From the UHGV virus genome UHGV-0379469: a stretch of 35,405 nt of DNA. One strand, given 5' to 3'. Every line of letters starts with the position of its first letter. Position 1 is the stretch's first letter. This DNA is from a virus. Shown piece by piece: positions 1-7,939 of this stretch. The notes beneath the pieces were generated by a model. It had not been told where the DNA came from, did no database searches, and was given only the letters and a program-made list of their open reading frames with translations. Position numbers and translations under genes: made by a program.

Positions 1-405
1 ACACCACCAACGGGCTGGCTGAAATGTAACGGTGCAGCATTTTCTTCTGAAATGTATCCCAGACTGGCAAGGGCTTATCCCACCAATAAATTACCGGATT
101 TACGCGGTGAATTTATCCGTGGCTGGGATGATGGGCGCGGGGTGGATGCCGGAAGGGGCATCTTAAGCATGCAGGGGTGGTTAACAGGAAGTCATTATCA
201 TAATATTCGGTCATGGGATGCGTGGGATAACACGGTACTGGTGCCAAATGACAAAGGAGGGGATAGTCTGTTGTCGACAGATAACGCCGTCCGGCAAGGT
301 GCAATTAACGGTAGATTTACCAGTCAATACAGAACGGAATCCTCAGATGGGAATGAAAGCCGCCCACGCAATATTGCCTTCAATTATATTGTGAGAACCG
401 CATAA
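1..405 (+). CDS. H: tail fibre protein H, C-terminal variable (receptor-binding) cassette in the expressed orientation; the 5' part of the same gene is 34215..35405 (wraps the window junction)
   Basis: Reading frame is continuous across the end/start junction (...PVPWSSA|TPPTGWLKCNGAAF...); stop TAA 403-405; C-terminus ...RPRNIAFNYIVRTA matches the end of the silent cassette. Confidence 0.85.
   Translation, partial: TPPTGWLKCNGAAFSSEMYPRLARAYPTNKLPDLRGEFIRGWDDGRGVDAGRGILSMQGWLTGSHYHNIRSWDAWDNTVLVPNDKGGDSLLSTDNAVRQGAINGRFTSQYRTESSDGNESRPRNIAFNYIVRTA
16..137. repeat. inverted repeat, left copy (122-bp perfect core; imperfect homology extends about 35349..35405 and 1..152)
   Basis: Bases 16..137 are the exact reverse complement of 1309..1430 (checked base by base; first mismatches at 15 and 138). 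Confidence 0.9.
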
Positions 406-1016
406 TGAATAACGCGATATTAAATGATGACCTTATTGCCGTACAGGCAGGAAACATCGTCGTTTATAACTATGATGGTGAAACACGGGAATATATTTCC
501 GAATCAACTGAATATCTTGCTGTGGGTGTCGGTATTCCGGCAAATTCCTGTTTAGATGCCCCGGGCGCACATAAAGCGGGCTATGCTATCCGCCGTTCGG
601 AGAATTTAAGTTCATGGGAGTATGCGCCAGACCATCGTGGTGAAACCGTCTATAACACTGACACGGGAAACACCGAAGAAATCACGACGCTGGGTGACTA
701 CCCGAAAAATACAACCACTATCGCCCCGTTAACACCATACGATAAATGGGATGGTGAAAAATGGGTGACAGATACTGAGGCACAACATGGTGCCGCAGTA
801 GAAGCGGCAGAAACCAAGCGCCAGTCACTGGCTGATGCGGCAATGGCTTCCATAAGTCTGATTCAGTTGAAGTTGCAGGCCGGGCGGAAGTTGACGCAGG
901 CAGAAACCACCCGGCTTAACGCCGTGCTGGATTATATAGACGCACTGAACGCAATGGATATAAACATGGCACCAGATATCAACTGGCCGGAAATACCACT
1001 GGCAGCAGTCAGTTGA
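405..1016 (+). CDS. tail fibre assembly chaperone (Tfa; P2 G / Mu U-like)
   Basis: 203-aa ORF; ATG overlaps H stop (TAATG); sits directly 3' of the fibre tip as Tfa genes do. Confidence 0.75.
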   Translation: MNNAILNDDLIAVQAGNIVVYNYDGETREYISESTEYLAVGVGIPANSCLDAPGAHKAGYAIRRSENLSSWEYAPDHRGETVYNTDTGNTEEITTLGDYPKNTTTIAPLTPYDKWDGEKWVTDTEAQHGAAVEAAETKRQSLADAAMASISLIQLKLQAGRKLTQAETTRLNAVLDYIDALNAMDINMAPDINWPEIPLAAVS

Positions 1017-1022
1017 ATATAA

Positions 1023-1502
1023 CTAAGCCGCCCTCACGATATAGTTAAATGCAATATTGCGGGGGCGGGTTTCACTACCACCTGTGTTACCAATACTTCC
1101 TCGTGAATGAAGCGTTGGTGATGGAATCAAACTCCCTCCTGTATTTGTGGCATCAAGCCCCCTGCCTTGTGTATATGTTTTTTTGAAAATCGTGGCCAAC
1201 TCCCATTCATCCTTTGTGTCATATCCATCGTTAGCTACAACAATATGGCGGTGTTTTTCCAACATCCCGGTTTGAATGCTCAATAAAGCGCGTGCTGCAT
1301 CAATTCCTCGCCCATCATCCCAGCCACGGATAAATTCACCGCGTAAATCCGGTAATTTATTGGTGGGATAAGCCCTTGCCAGTCTGGGATACATTTCAGA
1401 AGAAAATGCTGCACCGTTACATTTCAGCCACCCCGTTGGCGGCGTGGCTGAGGGCCATGGAACGGGCACACCAACGGGCAGCGCAGAGCCTTCCCCCAAA
1501 CC
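1023..1502 (-). CDS. silent alternative tail-fibre C-terminal cassette (promoterless; would fuse to H after inversion)
   Basis: Minus-strand ORF whose first ~65 codons repeat the H junction peptide (GLGEGSALPVGVPVPW...RGWDDGRG) then diverge; own stop at 1023-1025; ends ...RPRNIAFNYIVRAA. Confidence 0.7.
   Translation of the reverse strand, partial: GLGEGSALPVGVPVPWPSATPPTGWLKCNGAAFSSEMYPRLARAYPTNKLPDLRGEFIRGWDDGRGIDAARALLSIQTGMLEKHRHIVVANDGYDTKDEWELATIFKKTYTQGRGLDATNTGGSLIPSPTLHSRGSIGNTGGSETRPRNIAFNYIVRAA
1309..1430. repeat. inverted repeat, right copy (perfect core)
   Basis: Exact reverse complement of 16..137. Confidence 0.9.
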
Positions 1503-1516
1503 AACGTTTTCGTTTT
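1491..1516. other. 26-bp hix/gix-like recombination crossover site (right)
   Basis: TTCCCCCAAACCAACGTTTTCGTTTT; its inner 14 bp (TTCCCCCAAACCAA) equal the reverse complement of the inner half of the site at 35335..35360; central AA dinucleotide; lies at the edge of the inverted repeat next to the invertase gene. Confidence 0.7.
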
Positions 1517-1570
1517 TATCCCTACCTATACCAACTATGTATTTTTCACGAAACAAAGAGGATGTTTTTT

Positions 1571-2170
1571 ATGCAAATTGGCTATATTCGTGTGTCAACA
1601 AATGACCAGAACACGGATTTACAACGCAATGCACTGAACTGCGCAGGATGTGAACTGATTTTTGAAGATAAAATCAGCGGAACGAAATCAGCCAGACCGG
1701 GATTGAAAAAACTGCTCAGAACGCTATCAGAAGGAGATACGCTGGTTGTCTGGAAGCTGGACAGACTGGGCAGAAGTATGAAACACCTGATCACGCTTAT
1801 TGAGGAATTGCGAGAAAAAGGTGTTAATTTCCGTAGTCTGACGGACAGCATTGACACATCAACACCCATGGGGCGTTTCTTTTTTCACGTCATGGGGGCT
1901 TTAGCCGAAATGGAACGTGAATTAATTGTAGAGCGTACACTGGCCGGGCTGGCAGCAGCACGCGAACAAGGACGCATTGGCGGACGTCGCCCGAAGTTGA
2001 CAAAAGAACAACACGAGCAAATAGCGAGGCTGATTAAAAACGGTCATGACAGGAAACAACTGGCGATCATTTACGACATCGGCATATCGACGATTTATCG
2101 TTATCACCCTGTAGGCGATATACAGGCTGAAGAAACAACCAGGCAGACTCAGGAAAATGAAAACCGCTAA
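1571..2170 (+). CDS. site-specific DNA invertase, serine recombinase of the Hin/Gin/Cin/Pin family
   Basis: MQIGYIRVSTNDQNTDLQRNAL... N-terminus with catalytic-serine motif, C-terminal HTH; ~199 aa; adjacent to the invertible segment. The ORF-track start at 1376 is an in-frame upstream extension. Confidence 0.9.
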   Translation: MQIGYIRVSTNDQNTDLQRNALNCAGCELIFEDKISGTKSARPGLKKLLRTLSEGDTLVVWKLDRLGRSMKHLITLIEELREKGVNFRSLTDSIDTSTPMGRFFFHVMGALAEMERELIVERTLAGLAAAREQGRIGGRRPKLTKEQHEQIARLIKNGHDRKQLAIIYDIGISTIYRYHPVGDIQAEETTRQTQENENR

Positions 2171-2189
2171 TCTGACCATTAGCGGTTTT
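2161..2189. terminator. bidirectional intrinsic terminator between convergent invertase and U
   Basis: Perfect 10-bp stem AAACCGCTAA/TTAGCGGTTT with 8-nt loop, U-rich on both strands after the stem. Confidence 0.5.
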
Positions 2190-2196
2190 GCGTTAA

Positions 2197-2691
2197 TCAA
2201 AACAGCCCTTTAACGGAGCTGGCCGCGCTGTTAAGGGATGATGTGACCTTATCTTTGAAGCCGGACAGCATATCACTGAACGATGAGGATTGCAGACGCT
2301 CCCGCAAATCCTCATCACAGCGTTCAAGGGTCAGTGAAAATTCTATCTTTTTCGCCTTACCGTAGCGATCAAACTCGGAACGGGTCGTATTCGTTTCAGT
2401 CAGTACATACATGCCGTAAATCTGCCCGACACCATCAATCAGAGGCCAGGGGCGTCCTGTATATGCCTGCGTGGTCAGCAACGAAAGCGACACTTCGCCA
2501 CCTGTAATTTCAGGATAAAGCACGCCGGAAAGCACGATGCGATCATCACCTGCGCCGATATACTGCCAGCTTGCTGAACGGTTAACGCGTTCATTTTTCA
2601 CATGCCGCCAGCTTTTGTTTTGCTGTAACTGCTGATGCGGCAATGTGCGCAGCTCAAAAACAAACATGCCGTAGATCATCATCATGGCCAT
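2197..2691 (-). CDS. U: tail protein U
   Basis: 164-aa ORF immediately 3' of the tape measure gene on the same strand; size and position as P2 gpU. Confidence 0.7.
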   Translation of the reverse strand: MAMMMIYGMFVFELRTLPHQQLQQNKSWRHVKNERVNRSASWQYIGAGDDRIVLSGVLYPEITGGEVSLSLLTTQAYTGRPWPLIDGVGQIYGMYVLTETNTTRSEFDRYGKAKKIEFSLTLERCDEDLRERLQSSSFSDMLSGFKDKVTSSLNSAASSVKGLF

Positions 2692-2697
2692 GACTCC

Positions 2698-5541
2698 TCA
2701 ATCTTTATCGTAAAAACTGCCACGTCCGGCACGGTCGCGTCGTTCCAATTCTGCCCTGACCATTTCACCGACCAGTTTCGCCAGTTCGCGGGGATTCTGT
2801 GTAACAACGTTATGCAGATGAACATGAATTTCACCGCCAAATCCGGAGGCAACAGGCTCCCGGTTACGGGAAGTTGCAGGAGCTGATGCCACTGGCGATC
2901 GTATGGCCTCCGCCACCGGGCGGGAGCTGGCCGCAACAACAGGGACCAGCGCCGGAGGCAGCGGAGCCGGAACCACGGGTGTGATATTAATTGCGGGGGC
3001 AGGCTTACTGACCTGCGCAATCTTCCGCTCCTGCCACTCCCCACGAACAGCAAGTGCGCGGGGCAGGTTCTTAAAGACAATATCGCCGGGGCCAATGCGT
3101 TTTTTCGTCTCATCAACCAGCTTACCTGTGTTATCAGCAATTTTGCTGAGTCTGCGTAGCGTACCGGTATTGCTGTCTGTGAGCGGTTTGTTGTCTTTGG
3201 GCTTATCACCTCCGGTACCATTGCCATTTTCCACAGGCTTCGGCGGATTGATTTTCGCCAGGTCCCCCTGAAGCAAGGCAACCTTGTCCTGAAGAATGGC
3301 CGCACGCTGTGCGTCTTCGATTTTCTTGCGCGCCCTTTCCGCTTCATCCGGAAGCACACCGAGCTTTTCAAGTATCCACGCCAGCGTATCCAGCAACATT
3401 TTTGCAGGTGTCAGAACAAGCTGTAACGCACCGCCAAGAACGTTACCGAATATCTCGCCAGCACTGGTACATTTATCCAGCGTTTCCTTGCTGGACTCCA
3501 TCGGTGACAGCAGCGATTTAAACCAGTTAAACACCTGGCTGATCCCGCTTCCGATTGCGTCAAAAACAGGACCAAACCGTTCAAAGGTTTCGCGCAACGG
3601 GGTCAGCCTTTCCATAATCCCGCTGAACACCCCGGCAAAAAATGCCCTGATGGGATCCCAGTATTTCCAGATGAGAACGGCAGCTCCGGCGAGCGCAGCC
3701 ACAATAAGACCAACCGGACTGAACAACGCCCCGATAGCGCCCCCCAGTAAAGAAACGGAACCCGTCACCATTCCCCACAGCGCAGGCAACACCCTGACGA
3801 CATTCATTGACCGGGTAAGAATGTCAAAACCAAGACGCAGGGTGGCCAGCTTCCCGTAAAGCACCCCAATAACCAGCGACAACGAGCCAATCGTTGCAGT
3901 CATTGCCAGCAACGCACCGCCTGCTATCAGCAGCTGGCGCGTCAGTACCGGATGGGCCTGCGCCAGCGCCGTCACCCTTGATACCACCCGCGTGAGCCAC
4001 TGCGTGACAGAACGCAGCGGACCGTCAATCAGATCTGCAATGCGGATGCGCAACCCTTCCCATGCACTGCCGAGTGATTTCAGATCGCCGTCAAGGTTGT
4101 TGGCCATAACCTTTGCTGTGCGTTCAGCCTCACCGCGCGCGCCTTCAAGTTCTTTTCTCAGTTTGGGTAAGGAACCGTCACCCGCTGCATCAACGAGCGC
4201 CATAAACGATGTGAAAGCCTCTTCTCCGGCAATGTCCTTAAAGAACGATACCCGGTCAACTTCCCCGTATTTGCGGGTGGCTTTATAAAGGTCGGCCAGC
4301 ACATCCTCCATCGGGCGCATTTTGCCCCCGGCATCCGAGACAGACACGCCCAGCTCTTTCAGCGCCTCTGCTGCCGCCTTTGGCGGTGATGCCAGACGAG
4401 CCAGGCTGGCACGCATTGCCGTCCCGGCATCACTTCCCCTGATACCCATATTCGCCAGCACGCCCGCCATCGCTGCGGCCTGCTCCAGCGATATTCCCAG
4501 CTTGCCCGCCACCGGACCTGCATATTTCATGGTTTCGCCCAGTGCGCGAAGGTCAGTGTTGGTACGGGTAAACGCTGCGGTGAGTGTGTCACCGACCCGA
4601 TCCATCTGGTCAGCAGAAAGGCCGAACTGCGTCAGGATATTTGAGCCAATATCTGCCGTCTCGCCGAGATCCATACCGCCAGCCGTTGCCATGCTCAGCA
4701 CGCCGGGAAGCGCAGCCTGAATGGCCTGCGGTGTGAAGCCAGCCATTGCAAGAAATGCCTGTCCACTGGCGGCATCGCCTGCGGTGAACTGCGTTTCAGA
4801 GCCAAGTTTTAACGCCTGCTCACGCAGCGCCTTAAACTGCGGGCTGTTCTGGTCGATTCGCGTCAGTGCCTGAACGCGGGACATCTCTTTGCCGAACCCG
4901 ATCGCAGGCTGCAAAAAACGCCCGGCAGCATAGCCGCCCGCCGCTGCCGCACCAATTGCCAGCGCACCACCTGTTTTCAGTTTTCCCGCTGTTTCCTGCG
5001 CGCGCGAATACCGCTCACGCGCCCGCGTTACACGCGCAAGCGCCTGCCGTTCGCGTTCAAGCTGGTTGTTGTACTGTTCGGTGCGTCTGATGGCCTGCTG
5101 GATGGTGTTATCGCTGCCTGTCAGGGAAATGCCGTGGCGTTTCAGCTCTCCGCCAAGTTCCCGCATTTTCTGAATTTCCCGTGTGCGCGATTCATTCAGG
5201 CGTTCAAGCCGGGTGCTTAACTGCTGCATCAGCTTTTGTTGTTTTTCGCTGAGCACTGTACCCGTGCGTTGTAACTGATTAAGGGCGTTAAGCTGGCGTC
5301 GTGCTTTCAATATGCCAGCATCCGCTTTACTGACAGCGTCACGGGCGCGCTCAAATGAACGCGCCTGACGCTCGAGATTTTTGATCGCCCCCTGCGTTCG
5401 CTGGATGGAGTCACCAAACTGCCCCATCAGGCGGCGGGCGTTTTCGGCAGGCCGGGTCAGCCTGTCAACGGCGCTGAAAGCGACCCGGATGTCAAGAGTC
5501 TTCATTGTCTGCATTCCCGCTGCGAAGTGCCGCCCGCTCAC
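2698..5541 (-). CDS. T: tail tape measure protein T
   Basis: 947-aa ORF, Ala/Gly-rich and coiled-coil N-terminal half with hydrophobic central segments; follows the E/E' chaperone pair; exact start uncertain (alternative Met 27-36 nt downstream). Confidence 0.85.
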   Translation of the reverse strand: MSGRHFAAGMQTMKTLDIRVAFSAVDRLTRPAENARRLMGQFGDSIQRTQGAIKNLERQARSFERARDAVSKADAGILKARRQLNALNQLQRTGTVLSEKQQKLMQQLSTRLERLNESRTREIQKMRELGGELKRHGISLTGSDNTIQQAIRRTEQYNNQLERERQALARVTRARERYSRAQETAGKLKTGGALAIGAAAAGGYAAGRFLQPAIGFGKEMSRVQALTRIDQNSPQFKALREQALKLGSETQFTAGDAASGQAFLAMAGFTPQAIQAALPGVLSMATAGGMDLGETADIGSNILTQFGLSADQMDRVGDTLTAAFTRTNTDLRALGETMKYAGPVAGKLGISLEQAAAMAGVLANMGIRGSDAGTAMRASLARLASPPKAAAEALKELGVSVSDAGGKMRPMEDVLADLYKATRKYGEVDRVSFFKDIAGEEAFTSFMALVDAAGDGSLPKLRKELEGARGEAERTAKVMANNLDGDLKSLGSAWEGLRIRIADLIDGPLRSVTQWLTRVVSRVTALAQAHPVLTRQLLIAGGALLAMTATIGSLSLVIGVLYGKLATLRLGFDILTRSMNVVRVLPALWGMVTGSVSLLGGAIGALFSPVGLIVAALAGAAVLIWKYWDPIRAFFAGVFSGIMERLTPLRETFERFGPVFDAIGSGISQVFNWFKSLLSPMESSKETLDKCTSAGEIFGNVLGGALQLVLTPAKMLLDTLAWILEKLGVLPDEAERARKKIEDAQRAAILQDKVALLQGDLAKINPPKPVENGNGTGGDKPKDNKPLTDSNTGTLRRLSKIADNTGKLVDETKKRIGPGDIVFKNLPRALAVRGEWQERKIAQVSKPAPAINITPVVPAPLPPALVPVVAASSRPVAEAIRSPVASAPATSRNREPVASGFGGEIHVHLHNVVTQNPRELAKLVGEMVRAELERRDRAGRGSFYDKD

Positions 5542-6030
5542 GCCAGCTAACCACTTCGCCGGGCGTCATCATGAAGATTTCGGCGGGCGACCAGTTAAAA
5601 ATGGCGGCAATATCCGCCACCAGATCTTCGATGTGCTCAAAGCACACCAGGGTGATTACGCTGCCGTCTCCTGCACGCTCTTCGCGCCAGAGTCTGGCTC
5701 GCTCATAAAATTTACAGCCACAGCGCACAACTGAATAAAATCGCGTGACGACATTTTTTTAATCATCACTTCATCCAGTCGTGGCGAGGTCACGCGAGGC
5801 AACAGCGTGAACATGGTATCCGCTTTCAGATTCAGCACATCAGACAGCGACAGACCACGCAGGGATCCAGCCTGCTCAATAGCCCCGGTGATCTCCACAT
5901 ACGTGATTTTTTCGCCACCACGCTCAATTGGTCGGGTCAGTTTTACGCCACGTTCGACAGCCATATCCTCACCTGCCGTCACATCATCCGCCACGGTGTT
6001 ATTCCGGGTTTCAGTATCGATGTCTTTCAT
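5492..6030 (-). CDS. tail assembly chaperone E+E' fusion made by programmed -1 ribosomal frameshift
   Basis: The -1 frame is closed by TAA immediately 5' of the A-run and open from it to the stop at 5492-5494, giving ...IKK|NVVTRFYSV... overlapping the start of T. Confidence 0.65.
5656..6030 (-). CDS. E: tail assembly chaperone E
   Basis: 124-aa ORF between tail tube and tape measure genes; contains the A7 slip site near its 3' end. Confidence 0.8.
   Translation of the reverse strand: MKDIDTETRNNTVADDVTAGEDMAVERGVKLTRPIERGGEKITYVEITGAIEQAGSLRGLSLSDVLNLKADTMFTLLPRVTSPRLDEVMIKKMSSRDFIQLCAVAVNFMSEPDSGAKSVQETAA
5754..5760 (-). promoter_or_regulatory. slippery heptanucleotide AAAAAAA for the E/E' -1 frameshift
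   Basis: Seven consecutive A on the coding (minus) strand inside E, at the point where the -1 frame opens. Confidence 0.6.
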
Positions 6031-6085
6031 CAGTTGTCTCCTTTTCAGTCAGAGGCGACGCACTGCGCCGCCTGCATATTACTTA

Positions 6086-6598
6086 TCAGCCAAGCCCAAG
6101 CGCGGAACGGATACGGTCAGGCACAATGTCCTTGCCGTCCTTCCGGTAGATGTGGTTCAACAGGTCGATTTCCCACAGCGGGCGATCGTTAACGCTCAGC
6201 TTGTAGTAGGTGTTTTTGACAGCGTAAGTGTGTGATGTGGCTTCGCCCTGTTTGGCTTCCCCCATATCAATTTCCGTCACACGCCCACGCATCTCGATTT
6301 CATACAGATCGCTTTCTGCATCGGTGTAGTATTCACCCGCAAAACGCAGCAGCGTGCCGTCAATCGTGCCGCCATATTTAAGGAACAGCGCACGAACAGC
6401 TCCCCCCATGACAAAACTCGCATCAAGCGCGGAGTCGTCCAGACCGAGATCAATACTTACCGCCCCCATCATGCCACCACCACGATAGCTGTCGGTTTTG
6501 CGCGTCAGTTTGGGCGGCGTGACGGATGTCACTTTACCCACTTCGTTTTCACCATCCACAAACAACGTAAAAAAGCGAAGATGTTTTGGTACAGCCAT
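6086..6598 (-). CDS. FII: tail tube protein FII
   Basis: 170-aa ORF directly after the sheath gene; stop/start juxtaposed with FI at 6598. Confidence 0.85.
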   Translation of the reverse strand: MAVPKHLRFFTLFVDGENEVGKVTSVTPPKLTRKTDSYRGGGMMGAVSIDLGLDDSALDASFVMGGAVRALFLKYGGTIDGTLLRFAGEYYTDAESDLYEIEMRGRVTEIDMGEAKQGEATSHTYAVKNTYYKLSVNDRPLWEIDLLNHIYRKDGKDIVPDRIRSALGLG

Positions 6599-7782
6599 CA
6601 GGCACCTCCCAGCACCGCAAATGCGGGACCAAAGAATTCATCAGTAAACGTCTGGTAAAGCTCCATGTCTTCCAGTGGCGGAACGGGCGTATATTTGTAG
6701 CGAATACGCACACGCCCCTGACGTAAATCCGTGGTGCCGTTATCCACCACGTCATACCAGCACTCCGCGCCAATCAGTTTCCCGGCAGTAACCAGCGAAT
6801 CCAGTTTTGCCCTGATGGCACTGATAACATCCTTCACGTTCGCAGGCGTCAGTGGACTGTCGATGGTTTCAAACTGCGCTTCCGCAATTGAATCAGCCAG
6901 CACCTGTGCGGTTCGGGTATACACCTCAAAGATGTAGGCGTTCGTTTCCGGTGTGCGGTTGCCCCAGAAGCGGAACCCGTTGCGACGAATAATGGTCGTG
7001 ATTTCTTTGTTGTTGAGGCTGTTGGCATCGCTGTCTTCGGCCTGCAACGACCAGAACACATGCCTCGACATCCCCAGCACATTTTTAACCGGAACGTTGG
7101 ACAGTGATTTGTGCCAGCCCTGCTCATGGTCAATGTACGCACGAAGGCCGCACGCATAGGCAGGCGCGGGGAACGTTTCGTTTTTGCCACTTTTCGGGTT
7201 GTAGGCGATGAAGTCCGGCCATAAGAGCATCACCTCACGTTCGTTGAATTTCTGGCGATAGGTAATCGCCTCAGCCATCGTGTTACAGCCGTGACATGAG
7301 GCATACACAAACGCGCGCAGTTTACCTGCAATCACGCACAGGGATTTTGTTACAGCCTCCGTGTCCAGCTCCGGCGCGGCCAGAATACGCGGACGGTATC
7401 CGATGCTTTCATCCTGCTCTGCAACAAGCAGCGCATACATCCCCGTATAGCTGCCGTCATCCTCAGAACCACCGATAACCAGTTGATCCTGCGTCTTTCC
7501 GTCTTCTTCTTTGTGTTCAGCCACGCGAACGACGATCACCTTTGTGCTCACCTGGTCTGAGATGGCCTTAAGCGCACGATAAAGCGTCCCCGTTGTTCCG
7601 CATTTTCCCAGCACGTCATTGACGCGGGTCAGCAGTGTGGGCTTGTTCAGCGGGAACAGCTTCGCGTCCGCATCATCCGCCGTTGCCACGATACCGATAA
7701 CGCTGGAATCAACATCGTTAATCGCTGTTACCAGGTCGGTATTTTCCGTAACACGGGCACCATGAAAACGAGTTTCACTCAT
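6598..7782 (-). CDS. FI: contractile tail sheath protein FI
   Basis: 394-aa ORF with motifs recalled from P2 sheath protein (…GFRFWGNRT…, …YTPVPPLE…). Confidence 0.9.
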   Translation of the reverse strand: MSETRFHGARVTENTDLVTAINDVDSSVIGIVATADDADAKLFPLNKPTLLTRVNDVLGKCGTTGTLYRALKAISDQVSTKVIVVRVAEHKEEDGKTQDQLVIGGSEDDGSYTGMYALLVAEQDESIGYRPRILAAPELDTEAVTKSLCVIAGKLRAFVYASCHGCNTMAEAITYRQKFNEREVMLLWPDFIAYNPKSGKNETFPAPAYACGLRAYIDHEQGWHKSLSNVPVKNVLGMSRHVFWSLQAEDSDANSLNNKEITTIIRRNGFRFWGNRTPETNAYIFEVYTRTAQVLADSIAEAQFETIDSPLTPANVKDVISAIRAKLDSLVTAGKLIGAECWYDVVDNGTTDLRQGRVRIRYKYTPVPPLEDMELYQTFTDEFFGPAFAVLGGA

Positions 7783-7939
7783 AGCTTCAGCCCCTTGTAT
7801 CCGTTAAATGATTCAGCAACAATCATCACCCACCACGCGCGTAATCTCACCCCTGCGCTATTCTCCCGCCACGGCGACAACAAAAAGCAGTAACCCCCTC
7901 CGCACGCACATGCGACCATGCCGCACAGGGAGGGAACAG

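Noticed and set aside
1376-1570. In-frame upstream extension of the invertase ORF (track start 1376)
   Set aside because: The extension overlaps the silent fibre cassette on the other strand; the conserved serine-recombinase N-terminus begins at ATG 1571.
2682-3859. ORFs 2682..3371(-), 2903..3271(+), 3296..3859(+) and similar
   Set aside because: All lie inside or antisense to the tape measure gene T and have biased low-complexity translations; the T frame is unbroken for 947 codons.
2209-7808. 8-bp inverted match (TTTAACGG at 2209..2216 vs CCGTTAAA at 7801..7808) at the two ends of the inverted tail block
   Set aside because: Too short to distinguish from chance; not a credible recombination site on its own.
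7808-7939. Upstream extension of D (track start 7808)
   Set aside because: The 44 extra codons are S/P/T/R-rich and lack an RBS; ATG 7940 has a strong AGGGAGGG RBS.
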